Shown here: piece after piece, positions 1 through 9,282 of the stretch
Layout of the letters: every line of letters starts with the position of its first letter
Numbering within the stretch: position 1 is the stretch's first letter
Source: Bacteroidota bacterium
Lineage (GTDB): Bacteria > Bacteroidota > Bacteroidia > Chitinophagales > BACL12
Direction: 5' to 3'
Length of the DNA stretch: 64,000 bases
Assembly (NCBI GenBank): GCA_016718035.1
Contig: JADKEK010000003.1
Location: 456,292 to 520,291, forward strand
Notes under the pieces: model-generated
Databases searched by the model: none
The model's input: the letters and a program-made list of their open reading frames with translations, nothing else
What the model was told of the DNA's origin: nothing
Translations under genes and position numbers: made by a program

Positions 1-337
1 AACGGTTTAAACTGCGTGTTCCTACTACCTCAACACCGGATAAATTATAAGATTCCGGTTCCATTAATACGCGTAGAGTAGTTTGTGCGCTCACTTCAAT
101 TTCCTGAGTAGCATAGCCAACAAATGAAAATACTAATGTTGCAGGTACATTGTTGATGGCTATTTTAAAATTGCCATCCATATCAGCAACTGTACCATTA
201 GTTGTCCCTTTTTGAACAATGGTGGCTCCCGGCAGTGCCCCTCCATTAATATCAGATACATTACCAGCAATCTGAGTTTGCGCAACCAAGCTTTGTGTGA
301 GTAGGGAAAGAACGATAAGGTAAAAGTAATTTTTCAT
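1..337 (-). CDS. TonB-dependent receptor (SusC/RagA-like), N-terminal fragment running off the window edge
   Basis: Not in the ORF track because it is open at the window edge. Reverse-strand translation from the ATG at 335-337 gives MKNYFYLIVLSLLTQSLVAQTQIAGNVSDINGGALPGATIVQKGTTNGTVADMDGNFKI...FSFVGYATQEIEV. This is a signal peptide followed by a carboxypeptidase-regulatory-like domain, typical of SusC-type receptors. Confidence 0.7.
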   Translation of the reverse strand, partial: MKNYFYLIVLSLLTQSLVAQTQIAGNVSDINGGALPGATIVQKGTTNGTVADMDGNFKIAINNVPATLVFSFVGYATQEIEVSAQTTLRVLMEPESYNLSGVEVVGTRSLNR

Positions 338-482
338 AACATGTGGTTTATTGTAAGGCTAATGTAAATATTTTATTTGAAAATTATTAACCTAAGTTAA
401 CACCTGATTGTTAACCTACCGGACAATTTTCAGTATGGCAATTAAAACCGCAAATAACCATGCATTACGAGCATTACCACAT

Positions 483-513
483 AAAAAAAGCCGACTATTT
501 AATTAGTCGGCTT
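483..513 (-). terminator. Rho-independent terminator downstream of the PDZ/T9SS gene
   Basis: 10-bp stem AAGCCGACTA (488-497) / TAGTCGGCTT (504-513). On the minus strand it is followed by a T-run (complement of A-run 483-489). Confidence 0.7.
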
Positions 514-538
514 AATCTATTTATTTAACCCTTAAGAA

Positions 539-1981
539 CTATTGTAGAACTACTGTTTTTGTACCTGAATAACCATTTTGTGTCACTTTTACAAAGTAAG
601 TACCTTTTGGTGCATCTGATAATGAAATAGTTTTATCGTAAGCGCCGCTGAAATTTTTCAATGTTTCTGTAAAAACTTCTTTTCCGTTAATATCGGTAAT
701 TACAATTTTAGTATCGCCTTCTTCATTCAAATTAAATTTGATATTAAATGCACCATCACTTGGATTAGAATACACAACTAAATTTTTTGGATCCATTAAA
801 GGATGTATATTTTTTGCATTATTGCCTTCTGGCGAAACGGCTTCATTGTCTTTTACTGCAGTAATACAAATAGTTACATTGCGATTGCCGTCAACTGAAT
901 TATAACTATAAGAACAGTTTGGTGGCAAAGGTGCTACATGGTCGATAATGATATTAGGTTCGTTGCCTTCATCAGGAAAATTAAAATAAAAATTTCCACC
1001 TTTTACTTCATCTAATGTTGCAGATGTTTTTTCTTTTTTACCATTACGGATAAATTCTATTTCAACTTTTTCACCCGGTTTAGTATTATTCATTACATCC
1101 ATTAATTCATCATAATCTTCCACTTCAATATTATTAAGTGAAGTAATAACATCACCTTCCTGCAAACCCGCCTTTTGTGCCGGAGAATTTTCTTCTATAC
1201 CTGTTACTTCAACGCCATTATCTGCATCATCTAAATACACGCCAAGGTAACCTCTTTCAGGAACCATTATTTCGTAAACTTTGCCATTATTTAAGCCTTC
1301 CCAATTAAATTGAATAGAATCAAATTCATTATCCCATTCTTCAATCCAGGTATCAATTGCCGGTTTATTTTCTTTTAAAACAATATTTTTTGTTTCCGAT
1401 TTACCATTGTGGAGGTAAGTAACTTTAACGGTATTTCCGGCTTCATAAAGCGCCATTACTTCACTCAAATTTGAAGGTGATTCAATTGTTCTGTTATCAA
1501 TGCCGGTGATGATATCTCCTTCGGCTAATCCCGCCTCGGCTGCAGCACCATCTTTTACCAAGCCGGTAATTTCAGCACCTTCCAGTGTTTTTTCAGTGTA
1601 AACACCTAAAACGGCTTTGTTTGGAGATATAAAGGCCAAATCATCCAATCCTTCCAAACGCAATTCAGGAATTTCCGGAATTTCAATGCTTTGTAGTCCT
1701 TCCATCATTTCATCAAATGCCGCTTCATCCCAATGAAAACTAAAACCGCTGTTAATGTCGATATTCAGCTGGTTGAGCTCGTCGTCGATGCCAAGTTCAC
1801 GCAAATAAGCGTCAATGTCCAAATCCTCAAGGGAGCTGATATTTGTGTCTATCTTCACCGTTTTACCGTCAACATTAGCATCAATTTTGATACGAATGGT
1901 ATTATCCGGGTTTTGGCCAAAAACAGCCGATTGCAGAACAGCAAGTAAGCAAAAAGTGAAAATGAACTGTAACCGTTTCAT
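539..1981 (-). CDS. Secreted protein with two PDZ domains and a T9SS type A C-terminal sorting domain
   Basis: Signal peptide MKRLQFIFTFCLLAVLQSAVFGQ. Two PDZ-like segments (GLAEGDIITGIDNRTI..., GLQEGDVITSLNNIEV...). C-terminus ...GTYFVKVTQNGYSGTKTVVLQ is typical of a T9SS CTD. Confidence 0.8.
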   Translation of the reverse strand: MKRLQFIFTFCLLAVLQSAVFGQNPDNTIRIKIDANVDGKTVKIDTNISSLEDLDIDAYLRELGIDDELNQLNIDINSGFSFHWDEAAFDEMMEGLQSIEIPEIPELRLEGLDDLAFISPNKAVLGVYTEKTLEGAEITGLVKDGAAAEAGLAEGDIITGIDNRTIESPSNLSEVMALYEAGNTVKVTYLHNGKSETKNIVLKENKPAIDTWIEEWDNEFDSIQFNWEGLNNGKVYEIMVPERGYLGVYLDDADNGVEVTGIEENSPAQKAGLQEGDVITSLNNIEVEDYDELMDVMNNTKPGEKVEIEFIRNGKKEKTSATLDEVKGGNFYFNFPDEGNEPNIIIDHVAPLPPNCSYSYNSVDGNRNVTICITAVKDNEAVSPEGNNAKNIHPLMDPKNLVVYSNPSDGAFNIKFNLNEEGDTKIVITDINGKEVFTETLKNFSGAYDKTISLSDAPKGTYFVKVTQNGYSGTKTVVLQ

Positions 1982-2042
1982 GTTTTGATTCGTTTAAGTT
2001 ATGTTTAGAATTGCTGGAAGCCTTGTTATGACTAAGCCATGA

Positions 2043-2050
2043 CAAATTTA
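2043..2050 (-). promoter_or_regulatory. Bacteroidota -7 promoter box (TAAATTTG on the minus strand) for the PDZ/T9SS gene
   Basis: Plus strand reads CAAATTTA, matching the TAnnTTTG consensus on the minus strand, about 60 nt upstream of the ATG at 1981. Confidence 0.45.
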
Positions 2051-2137
2051 ACTTACTAAACGAAGCGAAGTAGTTAAATGTCAATTAAAAGATGTTAATG
2101 TTGCGTTAAACAACTTTTTCCCCGATTTTAACACTTG

Positions 2138-2145
2138 TAAATTTG
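2138..2145 (+). promoter_or_regulatory. Bacteroidota -7 promoter box TAAATTTG for the histidine kinase operon
   Basis: Exact TAnnTTTG match, 6 nt upstream of the ATG at 2152. This implies a very short or absent 5' UTR. Confidence 0.5.
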
Positions 2146-2151
2146 TGAAAG

Positions 2152-3765
2152 ATGTTAAAGAACCGAATCTGGTTGATTGTAATTTGTATGAGCACGGCTT
2201 TGCTGGGTATCATTTTGGTTCAGGTGTACTGGATTCGGAATACTATTTCCCAAAAGGAACAGGTTTTTAACTTCCACGTGAACGAAGCGCTGAACAAGGT
2301 TGCGGATAAGGTGGAAACCAATATTGCAGCTTCTGTGGTGAGCAGTCAGATGAACTTGTTTTTTTCTGATTCTACGTATTGGAGCACCAGTGCCGGCTCG
2401 TTAGAAATTTACGACGGCATGATGAGCGACAGCATGATTGCCATTGCACTGGAATCGGCGAGTGCTTATGGGGTTGATTATTTCAGGGCAAATGCCAAAA
2501 CTGCTGAACCATTTGGCCACTCAGTTTCGCCAATGCCTTCAGGGCTCGACCGACCAACCATGATTTTGGAGCCGTTGGAGTATAACGGTGATTTCAGGTC
2601 AGCCGATGATGCATTAATCACAGATATTTTAACTGATATCGACCGACAATTACGCATTAACTCACAACGTATTAAAAAGGCCATGGAACAAATGATGTTC
2701 CAATTAATGCAACGCGGTATAGAACCCGAACAAACAATAGATACTGTTTTTTTAAAAAATACCTTATATCACGAATTAGGTAATAAAGGCATTACAACTG
2801 ATTTTAATTTCGGTGTTTTAATGGATGATAAATTTTTTATCACCAATGCCGGCAATAACGAATCAATAAAAGAATTAGCTGCTACATCACATAAAGTGAG
2901 TTTATTTCCGGACGATATGTTTTTTAATAATGACGTATTATTGGTTAATTTCCCTCACCAAAAAAGTTTTATATTAAGTAGTATTTGGTCGCTACTGATA
3001 GGCTCTTTATTATTCACTTCCATTATCATAGGCGTATTTTATTATACAGTTTTAGTATTGTTAAGGCAAAAGAAATTGTCAGAAATTAAAAACGATTTCA
3101 TCAACAATATGACGCATGAATTTAAAACACCATTAGCTACAATTTCATTAGCAGTTGATGCAGTGAATAATCCGATGATTTTAAAAGACGAAACAAAAGT
3201 TAAACACTATACACATATCATAAAGGAAGAAAATAAACGCATGAATGCGCAAGTTGAAAAAGTGTTGCAGATGGCGTTGTTGGACAAAAATGAAATCAGC
3301 CTCAGCACCGATGATATTGATATTCATGAAATTATTTACAGGGCAATTGAAAACATCAGCTTGCAAGTTGAAGAAAAAGGTGGAAAGATAGACATGGAGC
3401 TGGCTGCAGAGCGTTATGAAATGACAGGTGATGAGGTGCATTTAAGTAATGTTATCAGCAATTTGCTCGATAATGCCAATAAATATTCACCTGAAAATCC
3501 GCAAATAAAAGTTACCACCGAAAGTGATGATAAAGGTATTTATATCACCATTGCAGATAATGGTATTGGTATGAACAGTGAAGATATTAAAATGATTTTC
3601 GAAAAATTTTATCGTGTGCCTACAGGCAACGTGCACAATATTAAAGGCTTTGGTTTGGGACTGACTTATGTTAAAGCAATTATCGATGCTCATCACGGCA
3701 CTATTGATGTAAAAAGTCAACTCAAAAAAGGCAGTCAATTCAAATTATTTTTACCACTAACCTGA
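2152..3765 (+). CDS. Sensor histidine kinase (HisKA + HATPase_c)
   Basis: N-terminal TM helix, a second TM around residue 280, H-box FINNMTHEFKTPLATI, N-box LLDNANKYS, G-boxes DNGIGM and GFGLGL. Confidence 0.9.
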   Translation: MLKNRIWLIVICMSTALLGIILVQVYWIRNTISQKEQVFNFHVNEALNKVADKVETNIAASVVSSQMNLFFSDSTYWSTSAGSLEIYDGMMSDSMIAIALESASAYGVDYFRANAKTAEPFGHSVSPMPSGLDRPTMILEPLEYNGDFRSADDALITDILTDIDRQLRINSQRIKKAMEQMMFQLMQRGIEPEQTIDTVFLKNTLYHELGNKGITTDFNFGVLMDDKFFITNAGNNESIKELAATSHKVSLFPDDMFFNNDVLLVNFPHQKSFILSSIWSLLIGSLLFTSIIIGVFYYTVLVLLRQKKLSEIKNDFINNMTHEFKTPLATISLAVDAVNNPMILKDETKVKHYTHIIKEENKRMNAQVEKVLQMALLDKNEISLSTDDIDIHEIIYRAIENISLQVEEKGGKIDMELAAERYEMTGDEVHLSNVISNLLDNANKYSPENPQIKVTTESDDKGIYITIADNGIGMNSEDIKMIFEKFYRVPTGNVHNIKGFGLGLTYVKAIIDAHHGTIDVKSQLKKGSQFKLFLPLT

Positions 3766-3778
3766 TTAAAACTATTTT

Positions 3779-4483
3779 ATGGAAGAAATTAAAACTAAAA
3801 TTTTATTAGTAGAAGACGACCCGAATTTTGGTGCCGTTTTAAAAGACTATTTATCTATGAGCGGCTATGACGTGAAATTAGCTACTGATGGTGAAAAAGG
3901 TGAAGATTTATTTTTTAAAGAAGAATTTAATCTTTGTGTTTTAGATGTCATGATGCCTAAAAAAGACGGCTTCACGCTTGCTGCTCAAATTAAACGTATT
4001 AATCCTGAAATGCCGGTAATTTTCCTCACTGCCAAAACATTACAGGACGATGTATTAGAAGGATTCAAAGTGGGTGCAGATGATTATATTACCAAACCAT
4101 TTAACAGCGAAGAATTATTGTATCGTATTGCGGCAATATTAAAACGCGGTGGAAAATTGCGCACCAACAACCAACAAAAAGAATTTGAAATAGGAAAATA
4201 TCATTTCAATTATAAAACACGCATGCTGAAAAATGGTAGTAGTGATGCTAAATTATCGCCAAAAGAAGCTGAGTTATTGCGCTTATTCTGCTTAAAAGTA
4301 AATGATATTGTATATCGCGAAGAAGCGCTCAAACAAATTTGGGGTCGCGACGATTATTTTACTGCAAGAAGTATGGACGTATTCGTAACCAAATTACGTA
4401 AATACCTCAAAGACGACCCTTCATTGGAAATTGTAAATATCCATGGTAATGGGTTTAGGTTGAATACGGAAGAGGTGGGTTGA
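3779..4483 (+). CDS. OmpR/PhoB-type response regulator (receiver + winged-helix DNA-binding domain)
   Basis: ILLVEDDPNF...DVMMPKKDGF...LTAK receiver motifs. C-terminal trans_reg_C-like segment LSPKEAELLRLF...IWGRD...VFVTKLRKYL. Starts 13 nt after the kinase gene. Confidence 0.9.
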   Translation: MEEIKTKILLVEDDPNFGAVLKDYLSMSGYDVKLATDGEKGEDLFFKEEFNLCVLDVMMPKKDGFTLAAQIKRINPEMPVIFLTAKTLQDDVLEGFKVGADDYITKPFNSEELLYRIAAILKRGGKLRTNNQQKEFEIGKYHFNYKTRMLKNGSSDAKLSPKEAELLRLFCLKVNDIVYREEALKQIWGRDDYFTARSMDVFVTKLRKYLKDDPSLEIVNIHGNGFRLNTEEVG

Positions 4484-4484
4484 T

Positions 4485-4552
4485 GTGCTGATTTGGTAAT
4501 GTGCTAATGTGCTGATTAATGTACCGATGTGATAATGTACCGATGTACCAAT
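4485..4552. repeat. Degenerate tandem 8-nt repeat array (consensus GTRCYRAT, about 8 units)
   Basis: GTGCTGAT TTGGTAAT GTGCTAAT GTGCTGAT TAAT GTACCGAT GTGATAAT GTACCGAT GTACCAAT, read directly from the sequence. Begins just after the response-regulator stop codon. Confidence 0.8.
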
Positions 4553-4795
4553 GGAAACAGCCGGTTTGGAGTATCCCTTTAATTCGAAGCTTCGGTTGGG
4601 GTTAATAATTATTAACCCTATTTTCTCATTAATAAACCACCGAAAAAGCTACGCTTTTTCGGTAGAATTTAATTCATATTTGGCATTGTATAGGCCTACG
4701 AATTTCCATCCAAACCATCAATCAACCAAGGATGCGCCAAGCATCCGCATAATTGTATGCATAAATCGAAATGCAATGCTGAATCAAAATCCCAT

Positions 4796-4831
4796 TTGCT
4801 AATTTGCTAATTACCTAATTAGCTAATTAAT
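4796..4831. repeat. Second tandem 8-nt repeat array (TTGCTAAT-like, 4 units plus a TAAT half unit)
   Basis: TTGCTAAT TTGCTAAT TACCTAAT TAGCTAAT TAAT. Same orientation and related consensus to the 4485-4552 array. Overlaps the pepF stop codon. Confidence 0.8.
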
Positions 4832-6524
4832 TCAACTGCAAATCATCCACCTGACTTAAATAATGATTGATTTCATGGACAATTTCAGAGACTGTTTCTT
4901 TTTGAAAAGGTGAGCGCAAACCGGCGTAATCAACTAATTCTAAAAACGATTTACTGCCGCCTGCTTTGCATAATTTTACATAATCGCTAAAGGCAGCATT
5001 TTTATCCTGACGCGCTTTTAACCAAAATTGGAAGGCACATATTTGTGCAAGTGTATAATCTATGTAATAAAATGGCGATTGGTAAATATGTGCTTGAGTT
5101 TGCCAAAATCCGCCCTGAGTTAAAAATTTATTGCCATCAAAATCTTTGTAAGGCTGATATTTTTTTTCTATCGAACTCCAGAATTGTTTTCTTTCAGCAG
5201 GTGTCCATTGCGGATTTTCATAAATGCCATGTTGAAATTCATCAACTGCAACACCGTATGGTAAAAACAATAAGGAGTCAACCAGATGCGAAAAACGATA
5301 TTTATCTGCTTCACCATTAAAGAAATTATCCATCCACGGATAAGCAAAATATTCCATACTCATTGAATGAATTTCTGCGCCGTCGCTGGTTGGCCAATAA
5401 TATTCACTGGTTTCAAATTCACGGCTCATATACACCTGGAAGGCATGTCCAATCTCATGCGTAAGCACATCGATATCTGCGCTGGTTCCATTAAAATTTG
5501 AAAATATAAATGGCGATTTTAGTCCTGAAATATACGTGCAATAACCACCACCGGCTTTGCCTTTTTTAGCAACCAAATCCATCAGCTCATTCTCTAACAT
5601 GAAATTAAAGAAGTCGGCCGTTTCAGGGGATAACTCTGCATACATTTTTTTGCCATTGGCAATAATCCATTCAGGTGTTCCTTTTGGTGTTGCGTTGCCA
5701 CTTTTAAATGAAAGCGGCTCATCATAAAATTTTAATGCCGGGAGCCCTAAACGTTTAGCTTGTTTTTGTTTTAATGCAACTGCAATAGGTACAATTTGCT
5801 GATGCACCTGTTCACGAAAATCTGCTACCATGTTAGCATTATAATCGCTGCGCATCATGCGTAAATATCCAACAGGAACAAAATTTTGAAAACCTAATTT
5901 TTGTGCAATACGATGTCTGGTTTTTACCAACTCATCAAAAATACGATTCAGTGCTTCTTCATTATCGCTAAAAAATTGCCATCTTGAATTAGCTGCTCTT
6001 TCACGAACACTTCTGTCGGTTGATCGTAAATAAGGTGTCATTTCAGCCAAGGTTTTTTCTTCCCCATCAAATGGAATGGAAGCATTGGCAATTAATTCCT
6101 GATATTCGGTACTGAGTTTATTTTCAACAATTAAATCTTCAATTATTTCCGGCTTAAATGCACGCAACTGCATTTCTGCTATTCTGAATAATTGTTTGCC
6201 AAAATGCGCTTCAATTGCTGCTCTGAAAGGCGAAGCAATAAGTGCCTGATAATACTCACTTGCCAAGGCTTCAACTGAAGGTGTATTTTCATCAAAAAAA
6301 TCCTGTTCAGCAGAATAAAAATCATCTCTGGTATCAATAGAGTGACGAATAGAACAAATTTGATACATCGTGTCGAACTGACTTCTCAAATTATTAATTG
6401 CTTTCATCGCATCTAATTGCATTGCTGCAGTAGTGGATGCATTAAAATTGTTCAGCAAAGTTTTAAAATCAGCCTTGAGTTGTTCTATATCGGGTCTGCT
6501 ATATGGATATGATGAGAATTTCAT
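4827..6524 (-). CDS. pepF: M3-family oligoendopeptidase F
   Basis: 565 aa with the zinc motif HEIGHAF (HEXXH) at the position expected for M3B peptidases. Overall PepF-like length. Confidence 0.85.
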   Translation of the reverse strand: MKFSSYPYSRPDIEQLKADFKTLLNNFNASTTAAMQLDAMKAINNLRSQFDTMYQICSIRHSIDTRDDFYSAEQDFFDENTPSVEALASEYYQALIASPFRAAIEAHFGKQLFRIAEMQLRAFKPEIIEDLIVENKLSTEYQELIANASIPFDGEEKTLAEMTPYLRSTDRSVRERAANSRWQFFSDNEEALNRIFDELVKTRHRIAQKLGFQNFVPVGYLRMMRSDYNANMVADFREQVHQQIVPIAVALKQKQAKRLGLPALKFYDEPLSFKSGNATPKGTPEWIIANGKKMYAELSPETADFFNFMLENELMDLVAKKGKAGGGYCTYISGLKSPFIFSNFNGTSADIDVLTHEIGHAFQVYMSREFETSEYYWPTSDGAEIHSMSMEYFAYPWMDNFFNGEADKYRFSHLVDSLLFLPYGVAVDEFQHGIYENPQWTPAERKQFWSSIEKKYQPYKDFDGNKFLTQGGFWQTQAHIYQSPFYYIDYTLAQICAFQFWLKARQDKNAAFSDYVKLCKAGGSKSFLELVDYAGLRSPFQKETVSEIVHEINHYLSQVDDLQLN

Positions 6525-6545
6525 TGAATTTTCCTGTTAAAAACG

Positions 6546-6553
6546 CAAAATTA
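6546..6553 (-). promoter_or_regulatory. Bacteroidota -7 box (TAATTTTG on the minus strand) for pepF
   Basis: Plus strand reads CAAAATTA, 21 nt upstream of the pepF ATG (6522-6524). Confidence 0.45.
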
Positions 6554-6742
6554 AGGTATTGAATTGTTAAGGCGTAGTAAACAGTTGTTATGTGCTTCAA
6601 TTTTGTTCCTAAAACACGAATACTTGAAAATACCCAACTATTTTAACAACCTTTTCGTTTAAACCTGCAGCAGCATAACTGAACATTTATTTCAAAACTC
6701 GGTTATGGTAAAGGCATTTGAGCGGCAGCTGCGGTTCAAATA

Positions 6743-7792
6743 GTGATTAAAACCGTAACTTTGCACCTCAATTCAATTGATTTGAACGACCCTAATTCAG
6801 CTTCGCGTAAAAAAGACCATATAGAACTGGCTTTTGAGAGCCAGACGTCTGCTTTACAGAACGATAACCGTTTTTATTACGAACCCTTATTGCAAGGGCA
6901 TTCCGGCGACAAAACGCTGGCAAAAAGTTTTTTAGGCAAACCGCTTCAAACCCCTATTTGGATAAGCAGTATGACCGGCGGCACCGAGCAGGCCGGGAAA
7001 ATTAACCGTCACTTAGCTCAGGCATGTAACGAATACGGCATGGGAATGGGCCTCGGCAGCTGCAGAAGGCTTTTAGACGACAATACTTACTTTGAAGATT
7101 TTAATTTAAGACCAATTATTGGCGATACTCAACCATTTTTTGCCAATTTAGGTATTGCACAAATCGAAACCTTACTGGAAAAGGGCGAAGCAGATAAAAT
7201 ACATGCCTTGGTGGCGAAACTCAATGCCGACGGGCTTATTGTGCATGTAAACCCATTTCAGGAATGGCTACAACCCGAAGGCGACCATTTCCGGAATTCA
7301 CCGTTGGAAACTATTCAAAAATTATTAGAACTTGTTGATTATCATATAATTGTGAAGGAAGTTGGGCAAGGAATGGGGCCGGAAAGTATAAAAGCCCTGT
7401 TAAAGTTGCCTATTGCTGCCTTAGACTTTGGCGCATATGGTGGTACCAACTTTTCCCGCTTAGAATTGTTACGTTCCAGTCAGCAGCATGCATCCTTATA
7501 CCGTGATTTAGCGTATATAGGACATACAGCAGTTGAAATGACCGGTTTTGTGAATGCCGCAGTTGACACCCTGGGAGCCGATTTGAAATGTAAGGAAGTG
7601 ATTATCAGTGGTGGTATCGGCGGGTTTTTAGACGGGTATTATGGAATGGAAAAGGTGGTGCTGAATAGTATTTATGGACAAGGTTCAGCATTCCTGAAAC
7701 CTGCACAACAAGATTATCAGGCGTTGAAAACATATATTGAAAGTCAGCGGGAAGGTTTAGCTTTGTGTTCAGCGTATCTAAAAGTAAAATAA
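6743..7792 (+). CDS. fni: Type 2 isopentenyl-diphosphate delta-isomerase (FMN-dependent)
   Basis: RKKDHIELA near the N-terminus, SSMTGG FMN-binding motif, about 340 aa TIM-barrel length. The start is uncertain: GTG 6743 in the track, but TTG 6782 (giving MNDPNSASRKKDHIE...) fits the promoter box better. Confidence 0.85.
   Translation: MIKTVTLHLNSIDLNDPNSASRKKDHIELAFESQTSALQNDNRFYYEPLLQGHSGDKTLAKSFLGKPLQTPIWISSMTGGTEQAGKINRHLAQACNEYGMGMGLGSCRRLLDDNTYFEDFNLRPIIGDTQPFFANLGIAQIETLLEKGEADKIHALVAKLNADGLIVHVNPFQEWLQPEGDHFRNSPLETIQKLLELVDYHIIVKEVGQGMGPESIKALLKLPIAALDFGAYGGTNFSRLELLRSSQQHASLYRDLAYIGHTAVEMTGFVNAAVDTLGADLKCKEVIISGGIGGFLDGYYGMEKVVLNSIYGQGSAFLKPAQQDYQALKTYIESQREGLALCSAYLKVK
6756..6763 (+). 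promoter_or_regulatory. Bacteroidota -7 box TAACTTTG for fni
   Basis: Exact TAnnTTTG match followed by GCACC, the same extension seen at the rimP promoter. It lies inside the 5' end of the track ORF, which suggests the real start is downstream (TTG at 6782). Confidence 0.45.
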
Positions 7793-7861
7793 TTGCACCT
7801 TGGTGCAGAAAAATATATTAACGATTATTATTGGCTTTATAGCCGGTTAGTTAATTAAAGT

Positions 7862-9212
7862 ATGGCAAAAATTAAAGGGTTTTCGAAATTAAGTAAAACA
7901 GAAAAAATCGCCTGGTTGGCGAAACATTTTCTGACTAGCAATCCATTGGATATTGCACGTGAATTTTCAAGTTACATGCACTCCAATGCTGAAATGCAAA
8001 AAGTATTTGACGGTATTTCAGAAAATACACTCACTAATTTTTATTTGCCTTATGGTGTTGCACCAAACTTTGTAATTAATGGTCGCACATATGTAGTACC
8101 AATGGTAATTGAAGAAAGTTCAGTAGTAGCAGCTGCAAGTGCAGGAGCAAAATACTGGAGCGATCGTGGCGGATTTCATGCTGAAGTAATTTCCACTACT
8201 AAAGTTGGCCACGTACATTTTTTATGGAGAGGTAACAGTGAAAAATTACACAACTTTTTTTGATACAGAATTAAAACAAATCCTTATTGCCGATGTAAAG
8301 CACCTTACCGAAAATATGGAAGCGCGCGGTGGTGGATTAAAAAGTATAGAACTAATTGATTGCACACATTTAGAACCTGAATATTTTCAATTAAAAGCAA
8401 CCTTTGAAACAATGGATGCTATGGGTGCGAATTTTATTAATTCAGTTTTAGAAGAATTTGCATCGTGTTTAACAGAAGAAGTAAAAGCAAATACCGACTT
8501 TACGGGAGCTGAAAAAACCGTTGAAGTGGTAATGAGCATTTTGAGTAATTATACGCCTGAATGTGTAGTAAAAGCTTGGGTAGAATGCGATGTAAATGCA
8601 TTAGGCACTTTCGATGAAGGTCATTTAAATGCACAACAATTTGCTCGTAAATTTAGCACGGCTATCAGAATTGCAAAACATGATATGTATCGTGCAACTA
8701 CACACAATAAAGGTATTTTTAATGGCATAGATGCAGTTATTTTGGCAACCGGAAACGATTTCCGCGCAATTGAAGCTTGCGGTCACGCATATGCAAGCCG
8801 CAATGGCAAATACGAAAGCTTATCGAGCTGCGAAGTAAAAGATAATAACTTTATTTTTTCACTGGAAATTCCACTGGCAGTTGGAACCGTTGGTGGTTTA
8901 ACAAAATTACATCCGCTTAGCAAACGTTCACTCGAAATGTTGGGCAATCCAAGTGCAAAAGAATTAATGAAAATAATTGCCTGCGTTGGACTTGCACAAA
9001 ATTTTTCTGCTATTAAAGCTTTAGTTACATCCGGTATTCAAAAAGGGCATATGAAAATGCACCTTACTAATATTCTCAGCCACTTTGGTGCAACAGAAAG
9101 TGAAATTCAACAAGCTGCAATTTACTTTTCTGACAAAACAGTTTCTTTCAGCAATGTGAGAGCATATCTTAGCGATCTCAGAGCAGGGAAATTACTTACA
9201 GAAAAAGGATAA
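7862..9212 (+). pseudogene. Class II HMG-CoA reductase, interrupted by a +1 frameshift in a T7 run (8255-8261)
   Basis: ORFs 7862-8263 and 8205-9212 are the N- and C-terminal parts of one reductase (EESSVVAAAS..., ENMEARGGG, DAMGANFINS, GTVGG). Deleting one T joins ...KLHNFF to DTELKQIL... in a single frame. Confidence 0.8.
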
Positions 9213-9282
9213 AATGCCTGAATAGTTTGTTAACTTCGTATCGATAGTATATCGAGGTTTTTCTATTTACCCATTTTGCCTT

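Noticed and set aside
4485-4552. Considered whether the short repeat arrays are a CRISPR array
   Set aside because: The units are 8 nt and contiguous with no spacers, there are no cas genes in the window, and the repeats are degenerate. This is not CRISPR.
4551-4802. 83-aa track ORF in the response regulator / pepF intergenic region
   Set aside because: It runs through three palindromic hairpins and ends in the octamer array. It has no promoter or start context, its composition is not protein-like, and it sits between convergent genes. It is better explained as structured non-coding sequence.
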